64,000 nt of DNA from an uncultured Candidatus Saccharibacteria bacterium. GTDB lineage: Bacteria > Patescibacteriota > Minisyncoccia > Phycocordibacterales > UBA1006. The notes beneath the pieces are model-generated. The model had not been told where the DNA came from, did not search any database, and saw only the letters and a list, made by a program, of their open reading frames with translations. Below, in pieces: positions 36,231 to 45,745 of the stretch (the stretch's first letter is position 1; each line of letters opens with the position of its first letter). The DNA is taken from positions 248,377 to 312,376 of the forward strand of contig CAYGJA010000001.1 of assembly GCA_964350165.1 (NCBI GenBank), in the 5' to 3' direction. The translations under genes were made by a program, and so were the position numbers.

Positions 36231-39200
36231 TTAGAATTGTGTCTTCCAGGTCTCGGTTCCGAGATCTAGATTAAGCACCTTGTATCCGTTCGTCCAGTCA
36301 GCTGATGAGCTGTCTCCCACATTAAACAAGTGAGTGATAGCTGATTGATCTGACCAGATGAAGTTTCTTGCCGTATCGTCACCAACATCACCGGTAGCGG
36401 TCGCAGAGTTGTGCAACTCGTAGAAGCCTTCGGTGGTGGTAGCTAGATACGTGTGGTTAGCATCCTGAGGGTCTGCATCTCCAACAAGTCTCAAAGATAC
36501 TGAATCCCCACTTTCTGCGAATCCACTAAACGTACCTTCTAGACGATAAGTGTTTGTCGCACCAGCGTTAACAGTTGATTCCTGAGTAGCATCCCAAACG
36601 ATGTACAAAGCAGTATCAGCTTCGGTTGCATTTGAGGCTTCCACACTGTTTCCGGCCTGGTCCATAATCGTCACCTTGTCGGTGATGTTTGATTCGTTTT
36701 CGTATAGCTTGAAGTTACCAAGACCAAGCGTGCTAGTAGCACCCGCATCAACCCAGCTAAGGTCTAGTCGGAATTGCTTGATCGAAAGTGAACCAGCAGC
36801 ATCGGCAGCAACGCTCCACTTGTAGACAGTTTTTGTGCTGTCAGGCTGTGAGCTTGATTCGCCGGTTGCTTGCTTGTTTACCGTAGGAATGCTTCGGTAT
36901 ACCAAGAGTGCGTTACCGCTTGCGTCAACCTCTGAGAATGGAGCAGCACTTAGTAGTGATTCCACTCCCTGGCTGGTAGCTACCTTGGTAGTACCAGTGT
37001 CAAGTTTTACAAAGGTATCAACACCAGAAGCGCCGTTGTTTCCACCGACAGCAACTAGGTTGTAACGAACTTCAACTGTTACAGAACCATTAGCAGGAAC
37101 TGCAATGTTCAATCCGGTGAAGAGAGCACGAGTGCCGCTGTTCAATAGGAATTGAGCTGAGTTTCCAACCTTGGCGCCATTTACGTACAATTCAGCTGAA
37201 CCCACGTTCTTGGCAGCAGTTGCGCTTGGTACTTCGACACCAAGTTCTTTGATGGTGTAGTTTTCGCTAACACCATTAAATCGGAATTTACCAGCGGTAA
37301 CAGTCTGGTTACCAGCTACGATTCGGCCTAGAGCTGAAGTACCGTCAAGTGTGACAGTAAGGTCTCCAGAACCAAAGGTAATGGTCTGTGCACCAGCGTT
37401 AACCATACCAGAAGCACTTGAACCAAGAGTGGTGTAAGAAACCTCAAGGTCGCTTACGGTCAAGGTTTCATCTGTAGAAGCATTGTTGGTGATTGATGAA
37501 AGAACATCAGCGTACACCGCAACCTCTACTGATTGTCCAGCTGGAACGTCAACGTTCACACTGAAGTTGTTACCAGTATCAGACACAGCTGACTTGATAG
37601 TAGAAGTGTATGAGCCAATAACTACATACAGGTTCTGCAAGTCATCTGAAGCGTCAGCGATACCAGCGTCTCCACCAGTAGTGAAGTCAATGTCAAGACC
37701 AGTAATGTTGATTCCTTCGGTTGAGTCAGCTTGCAAAGCAAAGTCTGCAATCTTGTACGCGGTCTTTGGAGCAACCGTAGTTCGGTCACCATAAGTCACG
37801 TCCTCAGCCAAAGTAGGAACACCAGTACCGATGGTCAATGAGTTAGCGGCTACTACTCCGGTAGGAGCAGATAGGAATCCGGCAGAACTCAATCGTTCGA
37901 CATTGCTTGAACCAGCAGTGATGCGAACCTGGAAGGCGTCACCAGTATCTGTTCCTTCTGATCCATTGTCATCGTAGATATCTCCGCGAAGTTCGATAAC
38001 TCGAGAAGTACCTGGATTAACAATGAAAGAAGAACCAAACTGGTAGGTGCTTCCTGACTGTGCCAATGAGGCAGTAGAACCAACCTGTACACCATCTACG
38101 AATACCGCAGCGTTACGTAGGTGGCTCAAAGCTGAACCAGTATCAGTTGAGGTAGCAAAGTCAAATCCAAGATTCTCGATCTTTACCTGCTCACCGAATG
38201 CACGTACTTCCCATCGTCCAAAGACAACAGATGAAGCGTCATCAACAACGGTTCCTGATGGTGAATCAGAAGCCTTGGTAAAGGTAAGGGTTCCCTGGTT
38301 AACAGTCTGAATGCCGGTATCAACCGTAGCAAAGGTAGAGCTGTTTTCCTGTGGAGTTACGAATACACCAAGCTGTGTGTCTTTTACAACAAAGTCAGCA
38401 GCTTCGCGGATCATAACTTGGATGGTTTCATTAGCGGTATCACCGGTAATGTCTCCAGTCAATTTCAATTCGCTGCTACCAGCCTTCAATAGAATTGGGC
38501 TTGAAGAGAAATCAAAGGTTACGTGATTGGTCATGTCGAATGAAGGCATGGTTGCCCCTTTCTGCTGACCTTTTACGTAGAACTTCAAGTTGGTTAGGTC
38601 ACCTGAGTCAGCTGATCCGGTTTGTCGGAAGGTAACGCTGTACAACATGACGTCTTCGTTGGTAACAGAAACAGTGTTCTGCCATAGTCGGAAGTTGTCC
38701 TGTGCATCAATCGTTGCAGCTGATGAAGGTGAAGTAGTAGCGCCGAAGTTAACGCCCGCGATGGTTGCCGTAGCAATCGTGTGAACGTTACCCATAAGGT
38801 TGACGGCCATAGCTGATCCACCCATAGAGGTGTAAGAAGCTAGGGATACGCCTAGGAACTGTCCAGCGGTACCAGCAGCAATGTTGGCTCGGAATGAGAC
38901 CGTCATAGCGCTGTTAGCTGGAACAGAGAACAATCCGTTAGGACTGTTGAAGGTGATCTTGCCCTGAGAAACAGTAGCAGAATCGGTTAGTCGCTTACCC
39001 ATAGCGTCAAAGATGTAAGCCTTTGAGATAGTGGTGTCGACTGATACACCGGTTCGGTTGAAGACAAGGTTAGTAACCTTTACTTCTGAACCAGTTCCGT
39101 TAGAGAAGGTAAAGTGTGCCAAGTCAGCAATTCCTGAACCAGCCACGATAGCGGTTGAAGCAGGAGTTGAAGCTGCCAAGGAAACACTTACGTTCCCGGT

Positions 39201-39707
39201 GGTTACTGGGGTTCCGGTAGAAGTACCGGTCTCAGTGGTGGTGGTACAAGTGCTTGAAGCGGTTGCTCCAGCAATCTTGTTACCAGTGTTTGGACCAACG
39301 ATGCCGTCCGCAGTCAAGCTGTTTGCTGACTGGAAAGCCATAACACCGTTTACGGTCATTCCCCCAAAGATACCATCGGCAGTACCGACGTTGTATCCAA
39401 GAGAGTTAAGGGTCATCTGTAGTTCGGTAACCTTGGCTCCGCGGCTTCCGCGTCGCAAGGTCGTTGTGTGAACATAAGATGTTGAAGTGGTCGTACAAGT
39501 TGTACCGGTGGTGGTGCCTGTTGAAACAACAGGTGTCCCGTTAAGGGCGCCCTCCACGCTAGCTTTTGTTGCGGCATCAACTCCAAAAGAGTCGAGCAGA
39601 GTCAAGATCGAATTGATCTGAACCTGCGTAAGCGCAGCAGAAGCTCCTGGGGCCATAGCCATGAACCCAGTTACAACTAGAAGACCAGCAATAATTTTTT
39701 TCATCAT
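36231..39707 (-). CDS. Giant surface protein: signal peptide + peptidoglycan-binding domain (PG_binding_1) + Thr/Ser-rich linkers + long beta-rich repeat body (S-layer-like)
   Basis: MMKKIIAGLLVVTGFMAMAPGASA. TTLRRGSRGAKVTELQMTLNSLGYNVGTADGIFGGMTVNGVMAFQSANSLTADGIVGPNTGNKI matches PG_binding_1. Thr-rich tracts (TTGTTCTTTSTSYVHTTT, TCTTTTETGTSTGTPVTTG), then about 1000 aa of S/T/G/A/V/N-rich repeats. 1158 aa. Confidence 0.7.
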   Translation of the reverse strand: MMKKIIAGLLVVTGFMAMAPGASAALTQVQINSILTLLDSFGVDAATKASVEGALNGTPVVSTGTTTGTTCTTTSTSYVHTTTLRRGSRGAKVTELQMTLNSLGYNVGTADGIFGGMTVNGVMAFQSANSLTADGIVGPNTGNKIAGATASSTCTTTTETGTSTGTPVTTGNVSVSLAASTPASTAIVAGSGIADLAHFTFSNGTGSEVKVTNLVFNRTGVSVDTTISKAYIFDAMGKRLTDSATVSQGKITFNSPNGLFSVPANSAMTVSFRANIAAGTAGQFLGVSLASYTSMGGSAMAVNLMGNVHTIATATIAGVNFGATTSPSSAATIDAQDNFRLWQNTVSVTNEDVMLYSVTFRQTGSADSGDLTNLKFYVKGQQKGATMPSFDMTNHVTFDFSSSPILLKAGSSELKLTGDITGDTANETIQVMIREAADFVVKDTQLGVFVTPQENSSTFATVDTGIQTVNQGTLTFTKASDSPSGTVVDDASSVVFGRWEVRAFGEQVKIENLGFDFATSTDTGSALSHLRNAAVFVDGVQVGSTASLAQSGSTYQFGSSFIVNPGTSRVIELRGDIYDDNGSEGTDTGDAFQVRITAGSSNVERLSSAGFLSAPTGVVAANSLTIGTGVPTLAEDVTYGDRTTVAPKTAYKIADFALQADSTEGINITGLDIDFTTGGDAGIADASDDLQNLYVVIGSYTSTIKSAVSDTGNNFSVNVDVPAGQSVEVAVYADVLSSITNNASTDETLTVSDLEVSYTTLGSSASGMVNAGAQTITFGSGDLTVTLDGTSALGRIVAGNQTVTAGKFRFNGVSENYTIKELGVEVPSATAAKNVGSAELYVNGAKVGNSAQFLLNSGTRALFTGLNIAVPANGSVTVEVRYNLVAVGGNNGASGVDTFVKLDTGTTKVATSQGVESLLSAAPFSEVDASGNALLVYRSIPTVNKQATGESSSQPDSTKTVYKWSVAADAAGSLSIKQFRLDLSWVDAGATSTLGLGNFKLYENESNITDKVTIMDQAGNSVEASNATEADTALYIVWDATQESTVNAGATNTYRLEGTFSGFAESGDSVSLRLVGDADPQDANHTYLATTTEGFYELHNSATATGDVGDDTARNFIWSDQSAITHLFNVGDSSSADWTNGYKVLNLDLGTETWKTQF

Positions 39708-40156
39708 AATTAATAGCTAATCTCTCACTAATGCATTAGAGACGATCCGAAGATCGCATAGAATTTAGAGTTGCCTAATTTTACAAAGGCAAACTCTAAC
39801 TGATAATTTTTGCCTCCCCCGCTGGTCAATTAGAGCAAGCTCTGATTGAGTCAGTGGGTTTGGCGGGTAAGTACTACCTTTGACCACTACCTACATTCAT
39901 TTAATAGTCTGTATTTGGTTGTCAAAGGTCTTCACAAAGGCAAGTACGCAAAACACGTACAGAGCCTCTGTTAATTATAGTACAGAGGTCGGAAGCTATC
40001 CTACATGCACTTTGTGGATAAGAGCGCACATTCCCCAAAAAGAAAATGTGCGGTCTTTGCTACCCACACACCATAATCATAGCAAAATCAAGGGCAAATC
40101 GCAATGATTATGGTGTCTACATACAAAGACGTTTGTGAACCAAAAAAGTTACAAAC
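39708..40156 (-). promoter_or_regulatory. 449-nt structured leader/promoter region of the surface-protein gene with repeated GTACAGAG boxes and several palindromes
   Basis: Direct repeats GTACAGAG x2 around palindrome ACAGAGcCTCTGT (about 39958-39995). Hairpins GCGCACATT..AATGTGCGG (about 40025-40057) and CCATAATCAT..ATGATTATGG (40069-40112). Candidate -35 TTGACC at about 39818 on minus strand. No credible ORF. Confidence 0.4.
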
Positions 40157-41080
40157 CTAGTTCAAAAAGTACTTTGTCCAGCGACGTTTACCTTCGGTTC
40201 GTACCTTGTTTTCTTCGATGAGTCGCGCCATGTCGCGCTGAATAGTTTTTTCGCTTACTCCCGGAAATTCATTAGCAATATCCTTAATATTGGCTTCACC
40301 TAATCGTGCCAAAAGACCAATTATTTTTGCGGTGCGCCCCACTGCGGGAGAGGCTTTGGTTGGGCTACCGACGGGAGCAACGGAAGCTATTTTTCGATCT
40401 GTTTCTGTGACCTCAAGCTCACGGTTCAGGCTAGACGCATTCGCCTCTTTTGTTGCTTCCTTTTCTGTCTCACCATTACGTTCACCAGAAAGAATTTGGT
40501 TGTTTTTTTGTGGCTTTGTGACCGCAAAAAAGTCTTCTGACAAGTACCGTTCTAATCGAGGCTGAAAGGCTGTTTTTGCAAAAGGCAAATCAACAACCAA
40601 TTGCCCAAGCAGTTCTTCGCAATAGTCTATGAGTTGAGAAATCTCAGCCTGAATGGTTTGGACATTGGCCACGCTTAGTCGGCCACTCAACCCCCCTACT
40701 CGCAACAAAGAAGCCAAGACCATCAGGTCTGATTGTCGCTCCAAAATCCGAGTTCGTGCATCCACACTGTCCATACCAGCAAAAACAATCGGTCGAGCGC
40801 TAGCGACCAAGGCCTGATCATGAATGACTTTTATAAAATCAGGATTGTCTTTTATGAGGTCGATAACGACAAAAATTGCCGCCACGATGCGTTCGGTTTT
40901 TTTCGAGACATACATCATGTCTTTTTTAAAAGACTCTTTAACAGCAAGCATTTCTTGGCCAGAAACGTGTCTTTTATTGGTGTCTTTTATGTTTTGTCCT
41001 TTATGAATAATCACGTTGACTTTTATAAATTTCGTGTCCTTATGTAAAAGACATAGTACGCTCTCCCAAGCAAAAAGCAA
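40157..41080 (-). CDS. Hypothetical DNA-binding protein with C-terminal winged-HTH (DeoR/MarR-like)
   Basis: C-terminal IKDIANEFPGVSEKTIQRDMARLIEENKVRTEGKRRWTKY is an HTH + wing pattern. N-terminal 250 aa unknown. True start may be internal. Confidence 0.45.
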   Translation of the reverse strand: MLFAWESVLCLLHKDTKFIKVNVIIHKGQNIKDTNKRHVSGQEMLAVKESFKKDMMYVSKKTERIVAAIFVVIDLIKDNPDFIKVIHDQALVASARPIVFAGMDSVDARTRILERQSDLMVLASLLRVGGLSGRLSVANVQTIQAEISQLIDYCEELLGQLVVDLPFAKTAFQPRLERYLSEDFFAVTKPQKNNQILSGERNGETEKEATKEANASSLNRELEVTETDRKIASVAPVGSPTKASPAVGRTAKIIGLLARLGEANIKDIANEFPGVSEKTIQRDMARLIEENKVRTEGKRRWTKYFLN

Positions 41081-41163
41081 GCGTTTTCAATGGTATCGAC
41101 TCACGGCTCCTGATGCATTGTGATAAAATTCATGTATTCAGTAATCGCTAAACATATATTCCC

Positions 41164-43395
41164 GTGGGCAAAAAAAAGAAACAAAAAAGATCACGTGCGT
41201 CTGGAGACGCCGGCACAACGCTGACGCCAGCAACTCGAAAAAAAATCCTCATGATTAGTCTGACACTGCTCGGACTACTCTTACTGCTTGGTGCCTTTGG
41301 TCTAGCTGGAAGTGTCGGGAACAAGCTCCATCACTTCAATTACAAAATTTTTGGCTTTGCTTTTTTCTTTACTCCCCTCCTCTTGATCGCCCTCCCTTTG
41401 CGCAAATATTTACAAAAAATCGCCGACCCAGACAAAAAAGAAATTGCTAGTTTTTTTGCCTTGCTTTTGTCTTCGATGGTTTTTATCGAACTCCTACTTC
41501 CGGGCCGAGAATATGGCGGTCTCATTGGCAGTAGTTTGGCTACTCCTACCAATCGACTTTTTGGGTCTATTCTCAGTTCGGTGGTTACGGGCGGAATAGC
41601 GGCTATCTCTCTGTTTGTTATTTTTGATGGCAAGTTCAGACTGCCGGAACGATTCAGAAAAAAAGAACAAGACATCGACATGGTAGTAGAAGCAGCGGTG
41701 ACCAATAGCGATTCTGATCTCGAAGAAAGCTCCGACGAATCTACCGAAACAATCCAGGATTCAAAACCAAAAGACTACACCATCACTGGCATGGACAAGA
41801 AAAAAAAGACCGAGGAAACAGATTTGGAAATGTCCTCCATTATTCATTCGCACCACGATCCTGACTATCAATTTCCACCCCTTAACCTGCTCAACAAAAG
41901 CAAAGGCAAGCCCGTCGTTGGCGACATCAAAGCAGCGGCAAACACCATCAAACGAACGCTTCAGAATTTCCGTATCGACGTAGAAATCGACGAAATCTCA
42001 ATTGGGCCGACTGTGACCCGTTTTGCTATCAAGCCAGCCGAAGGTGTCAAACTCTCTCGCATCTCTGGTCTCAAAAACGAACTTGCCCTCGCCCTAGCTG
42101 CTCACCCGATTCGTATCGAAGCACCTATTCCAGGCAAATCCCTGGTTGGTATCGAAATTCCAAACAGCGTCAAAACCATGCTTGGCCTTGGTAGTCTTTT
42201 GGGTGAAAAAGAATTTGTCACTGACCAACGACCCCTTTTGGCACACATGGGTCACGGAGTATCAGGAAAAACAGTAATGATGGACATCGCCAAAATGCCA
42301 CACATCCTGATTGCTGGTGCGACCGGAGCTGGAAAGTCAGGTACTGTACACGCCATCATTGCCTCGCTCCTCTACCGTAATGCTCCCGAGAATCTTCGCT
42401 TTATCATGGTCGACCCCAAGCGCGTCGAGCTGACACTATACAATGGTATCCCTCATCTACTCACCCCCGTCATCAAAGAACCTCAAAAAGCCATCACAGT
42501 TCTCAAATGGGCAGTAAAAGAAATGGAACGCCGTTATAACGTCCTCGAAGGAGAAGCCGTACGCGATATTTCTTCGTACCATGACAACATCGTCAAACCA
42601 GCCTACGAAGGCCGTAGCGCCGAGGAGGGCGACGATGTCAGTCTCCCAGAAAAGATGCCTTATATTGTGGTTATTATCGACGAATTGGCAGACATCATGC
42701 AGATGTATCCCAAAGAACTAGAAGCGGGCATTGTTCGCCTAGCCCAAATGAGCCGTGCGGTCGGAATTCACCTTATCCTCTCGACACAGCGCCCCGAAGT
42801 GAACGTCATTACCGGTCTTATCAAAGCCAATATCCCCGCCCGAGTCGCTCTGCGTGTGACCTCCCAAATCGACTCTCGCACCATTCTCGACGCCAGCGGT
42901 GCTGAGAACCTACTTGGAGCCGGAGACATGTTGTATCGAGGTGGAAACATGGGCAAACCAGTTCGAGTACAGTGTGGTTTTATGTCAGAAGACGAAGTGA
43001 AAAAACTAGTCAAATTCCTCAAGAAAAATCATGACAACGAACTGTACGACGAAATAAATCTCTCCGAGGTGGATACCAGCTCGGCCATGTTCAGCACAAG
43101 TACAGACGGCGGTGATGGTGACGATGATGAGCTTTACGAAGACGCTCGACAGACGGTGCTTCATGCCGGAAAAGCCAGCACTTCTTACCTGCAAAGAAAG
43201 CTACGAGTTGGTTATGCGCGAGCCGCCAGAATCATGGATATGCTCGAAGAAAACGGCGTTATTGGACCAGCCCAAGGCTCAAAACCACGTGACGTAATCG
43301 AACAAATCATACCCCAAGAAGCCAGCTTTGATTCCCCAAAAGAGGTTGATTATATCGAAGTAACCGAAGACTATGAAGAAACTGACGACTACTAA
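41164..43395 (+). CDS. ftsK: DNA translocase FtsK/SpoIIIE
   Basis: N-terminal TM segments, linker, motor domain with Walker A GATGAGKSG, Walker B IVVIIDELAD and C-terminal gamma winged helix (LYEDARQTVLHAGKASTSYLQRKLRVGYARAARIMDMLEENGVIG). Confidence 0.9.
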   Translation: MGKKKKQKRSRASGDAGTTLTPATRKKILMISLTLLGLLLLLGAFGLAGSVGNKLHHFNYKIFGFAFFFTPLLLIALPLRKYLQKIADPDKKEIASFFALLLSSMVFIELLLPGREYGGLIGSSLATPTNRLFGSILSSVVTGGIAAISLFVIFDGKFRLPERFRKKEQDIDMVVEAAVTNSDSDLEESSDESTETIQDSKPKDYTITGMDKKKKTEETDLEMSSIIHSHHDPDYQFPPLNLLNKSKGKPVVGDIKAAANTIKRTLQNFRIDVEIDEISIGPTVTRFAIKPAEGVKLSRISGLKNELALALAAHPIRIEAPIPGKSLVGIEIPNSVKTMLGLGSLLGEKEFVTDQRPLLAHMGHGVSGKTVMMDIAKMPHILIAGATGAGKSGTVHAIIASLLYRNAPENLRFIMVDPKRVELTLYNGIPHLLTPVIKEPQKAITVLKWAVKEMERRYNVLEGEAVRDISSYHDNIVKPAYEGRSAEEGDDVSLPEKMPYIVVIIDELADIMQMYPKELEAGIVRLAQMSRAVGIHLILSTQRPEVNVITGLIKANIPARVALRVTSQIDSRTILDASGAENLLGAGDMLYRGGNMGKPVRVQCGFMSEDEVKKLVKFLKKNHDNELYDEINLSEVDTSSAMFSTSTDGGDGDDDELYEDARQTVLHAGKASTSYLQRKLRVGYARAARIMDMLEENGVIGPAQGSKPRDVIEQIIPQEASFDSPKEVDYIEVTEDYEETDDY

Positions 43396-43738
43396 TTACC
43401 CCCTGCTCGTAAAAAGAATTCTGCTTGTTTTGTTTGGCTTTGGAATATTGGGATACATTGGTTATCAAATGCAAAATTTGGTTACCGGCCCCGATTTAGT
43501 TATAGAAAACCCCAAAAATGGCACGTCGGCTATCCAGATGGTGACCCTCGTGGGCTCAGCCAAGAGAGCCGAAGTGGTAACAGTTAACGGAGCTCAGATA
43601 GCCCTAAACGAAAGCGGCGATTTTAGCTTTCCTTTATTACTGCTCAGCGGTTATAATAGTATCAATGTGACGGCGACTGATCGGTTTGGCAAAAAAGCCT
43701 CAAAACAGATCACTATCGTTGGGCCAGCAAAAGAGTAA
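43373..43738 (+). CDS. Hypothetical membrane-anchored small protein
   Basis: 121 aa, N-terminal TM (ILLVLFGFGILGYIGY). Overlaps ftsK 3' end by 23 nt. Confidence 0.4.
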   Translation: MKKLTTTNYPLLVKRILLVLFGFGILGYIGYQMQNLVTGPDLVIENPKNGTSAIQMVTLVGSAKRAEVVTVNGAQIALNESGDFSFPLLLLSGYNSINVTATDRFGKKASKQITIVGPAKE

Positions 43739-43765
43739 CCTTATTCAACCTAATCAAATCCAGCC

Positions 43766-44824
43766 ATGCCTAAGAAAAAAACAACCACAAAAGAAAATCC
43801 AAAAGAGGATAATAATCTGCAAAACACCATCGACATGATCCAAACCAAATTCGGCGAAGGCGCCATCATGAAGCTTGGTGATTCACCAAAAGTAGACGTT
43901 GGGGTTATTCCCACCGGATCCTTGGGGCTGGATAATGCGCTCGGAATCGGTGGGCTGCCCCTTGGACGTGTCATCGAAATATATGGCCCTGAATCTTCAG
44001 GTAAAACAACCCTCACCCTTCACGTTATTGCCGAATCACAAAAACAAGGAGGTATTTGTGCCTTTATTGATGCCGAACATGCCCTAGATCCAGAATATGC
44101 AAAGAAACTTGGTGTTCAGACCAGCGACCTTCTTATTTCTCAGCCAGACACCGGAGAACAAGCGCTCGAAATTGTAGAAACTCTCGTTCGCTCAGGAAAA
44201 ATTGCTGTTATTGTTGTTGACTCCGTGGCCGCTCTGACCCCAAAAGACGAAATCGAGGGAGACATGGGTGCTCATCATGTCGGAAAACAAGCCCGCCTCA
44301 TGTCCCAAGCTTTGCGCAAATTGACCGCTATTACCGCCAAAAGCCATACTATGGTTATCTTTATCAACCAGATTCGTATGAAAATCGGGGTAATGTTCGG
44401 CTCTCCCGAAACAACCACTGGCGGAAAAGCCCTCAAGTTCTACAGCTCGGTTCGTATCGACATTCGTCGCATCGCCCAAATCAAAAAAGGCGAAGAAGTG
44501 GTAGGTTCGCGAACCAGAGTCAAGGTGGTCAAAAACAAAGTTGGGCCCCCTTTCCGAGTCAGCGAGTTCGACATCATCTACAACGAAGGTATTTCTCAGG
44601 AAGGAGAATTCTTGGCCCTAGGAGAAAAATACAAACTCATTAGTAAGTCGGGAGCCCACTTTAGCTATGACCCAGGAGAAGGCGCAAAGCTACCTGATTC
44701 GGTAAAACTTGGTCATGGTTACGACAATGCTCGCAAATTCTTGCGCGACAAAGAAAACAAAGCCATTCGCGCTCAATTATTGAAAGAAATTCAAGCAAAA
44801 ATGAAAGAAGAGAATGCTGCCTAA
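43766..44824 (+). CDS. recA: Recombinase RecA
   Basis: Walker [23 protein letters not shown]2 loop and overall collinearity with RecA. 352 aa. Confidence 0.95.
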   Translation: MPKKKTTTKENPKEDNNLQNTIDMIQTKFGEGAIMKLGDSPKVDVGVIPTGSLGLDNALGIGGLPLGRVIEIYGPESSGKTTLTLHVIAESQKQGGICAFIDAEHALDPEYAKKLGVQTSDLLISQPDTGEQALEIVETLVRSGKIAVIVVDSVAALTPKDEIEGDMGAHHVGKQARLMSQALRKLTAITAKSHTMVIFINQIRMKIGVMFGSPETTTGGKALKFYSSVRIDIRRIAQIKKGEEVVGSRTRVKVVKNKVGPPFRVSEFDIIYNEGISQEGEFLALGEKYKLISKSGAHFSYDPGEGAKLPDSVKLGHGYDNARKFLRDKENKAIRAQLLKEIQAKMKEENAA

Positions 44825-44836
44825 CACCACATCACC

Positions 44837-45430
44837 ATGCTTAGCTACAACGAAATCAAAGAACGAAAATACATCATTGTTGATGACGAACCTTATGAGG
44901 TGCTGGAATCTCATATTTTCCGAAAACAACAACGAAAACCAGTCAACCAAACAAAACTACGCAACCTCATTACTGGACGTGTAGTCGAACAAACATTCCA
45001 GCAATCTGACAAAGCCAACGAGGCTGATCTCCGTTCCGAGACTGTTATTTTTCTATACCAGAACCCAAAAAATGGAGAAATCTGGTTTTCTCGTCTCGAT
45101 AATCCAAAAGACCGCTTTACCCTAGACAGTACTATTGTTGGGAATGCGACAAACTACGTTCCGGAACAAAGCAAAGTCGATGTACTTGTCTTTACCAGTC
45201 AAGGATCGGGCGATGAACAGATCATTGGCATCAAGCTTCCCATCAAAGTAGAGCTAAAAGTCGTCGAAGCCCCACCTGCCATCAAGGGCAACACCGCCAG
45301 TGGAGGTGACAAAAAAGTCGTTCTCGAGACTGGATATTCGGTCACTGTCCCCCTCTTTATTTCCGAAGGCGACATCCTCCGCATCAATACCGATACCGGC
45401 GAATATGTAGAACGGGCAGAGAAAGCATAA
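44837..45430 (+). CDS. efp: Translation elongation factor P
   Basis: Three-domain EF-P collinearity (…DDEPYEVLESHIF…TKLRNLITG…; C-term VPLFISEGDILRINTDTGEYVERAEK). 197 aa. Confidence 0.85.
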   Translation: MLSYNEIKERKYIIVDDEPYEVLESHIFRKQQRKPVNQTKLRNLITGRVVEQTFQQSDKANEADLRSETVIFLYQNPKNGEIWFSRLDNPKDRFTLDSTIVGNATNYVPEQSKVDVLVFTSQGSGDEQIIGIKLPIKVELKVVEAPPAIKGNTASGGDKKVVLETGYSVTVPLFISEGDILRINTDTGEYVERAEKA

Positions 45431-45452
45431 TTTACTCGAAAAGCTTCCCTCA

Positions 45453-45486
45453 TACAAAAAACTCCCCTATAAGGGGAGTTTTTTGT
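45453..45486. terminator. Bidirectional terminator (AAAAAACTCCCCTATAAGGGGAGTTTTTTG)
   Basis: 8-bp stem CTCCCCTA/AGGGGAG with flanking A6/T6. Sits between convergent efp and rpsR. Confidence 0.8.
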
Positions 45487-45499
45487 ATGAGGGATTCTA

Positions 45500-45724
45500 T
45501 TATCGCCCCTGGAGTGCCACGAATGGCAAAAGCCCCATCGTGCGAGAGCGTTTGATTGCTTTCGCGAGTTGGCGTTGATATTTTGCAGAAACACCCGTTC
45601 GTTTGCTAGCCATGATTTTGCCAGCGGGTGAGATGAATTTTTTTAGAATCTCAATGTCTTTGTAGTCAATGTGTTTGATGCCATTCTTCTTGAAGAAGCA
45701 GGCTTTCTTTACTTTTTTTGCCAT
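45500..45724 (-). CDS. rpsR: 30S ribosomal protein S18
   Basis: 74 aa. [29 protein letters not shown]...[25 protein letters not shown] is canonical S18. Confidence 0.9.
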   Translation of the reverse strand: MAKKVKKACFFKKNGIKHIDYKDIEILKKFISPAGKIMASKRTGVSAKYQRQLAKAIKRSRTMGLLPFVALQGR

Positions 45725-45745
45725 AACAATGTTGTAGGTTATCGA

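Noticed and set aside
36601-39471. Multiple plus-strand ORFs (36601.., 37483.., 38047.., 39031..) opposite the giant surface-protein gene
   Set aside because: Antisense to a 3.5 kb low-complexity coding region, and the sense ORF is unbroken and has clear domains.
39880-40107. 75-aa ORF in the 449-nt intergenic region
   Set aside because: No start context or conservation cues. The region is dominated by palindromes and repeats more consistent with regulatory/RNA structure.
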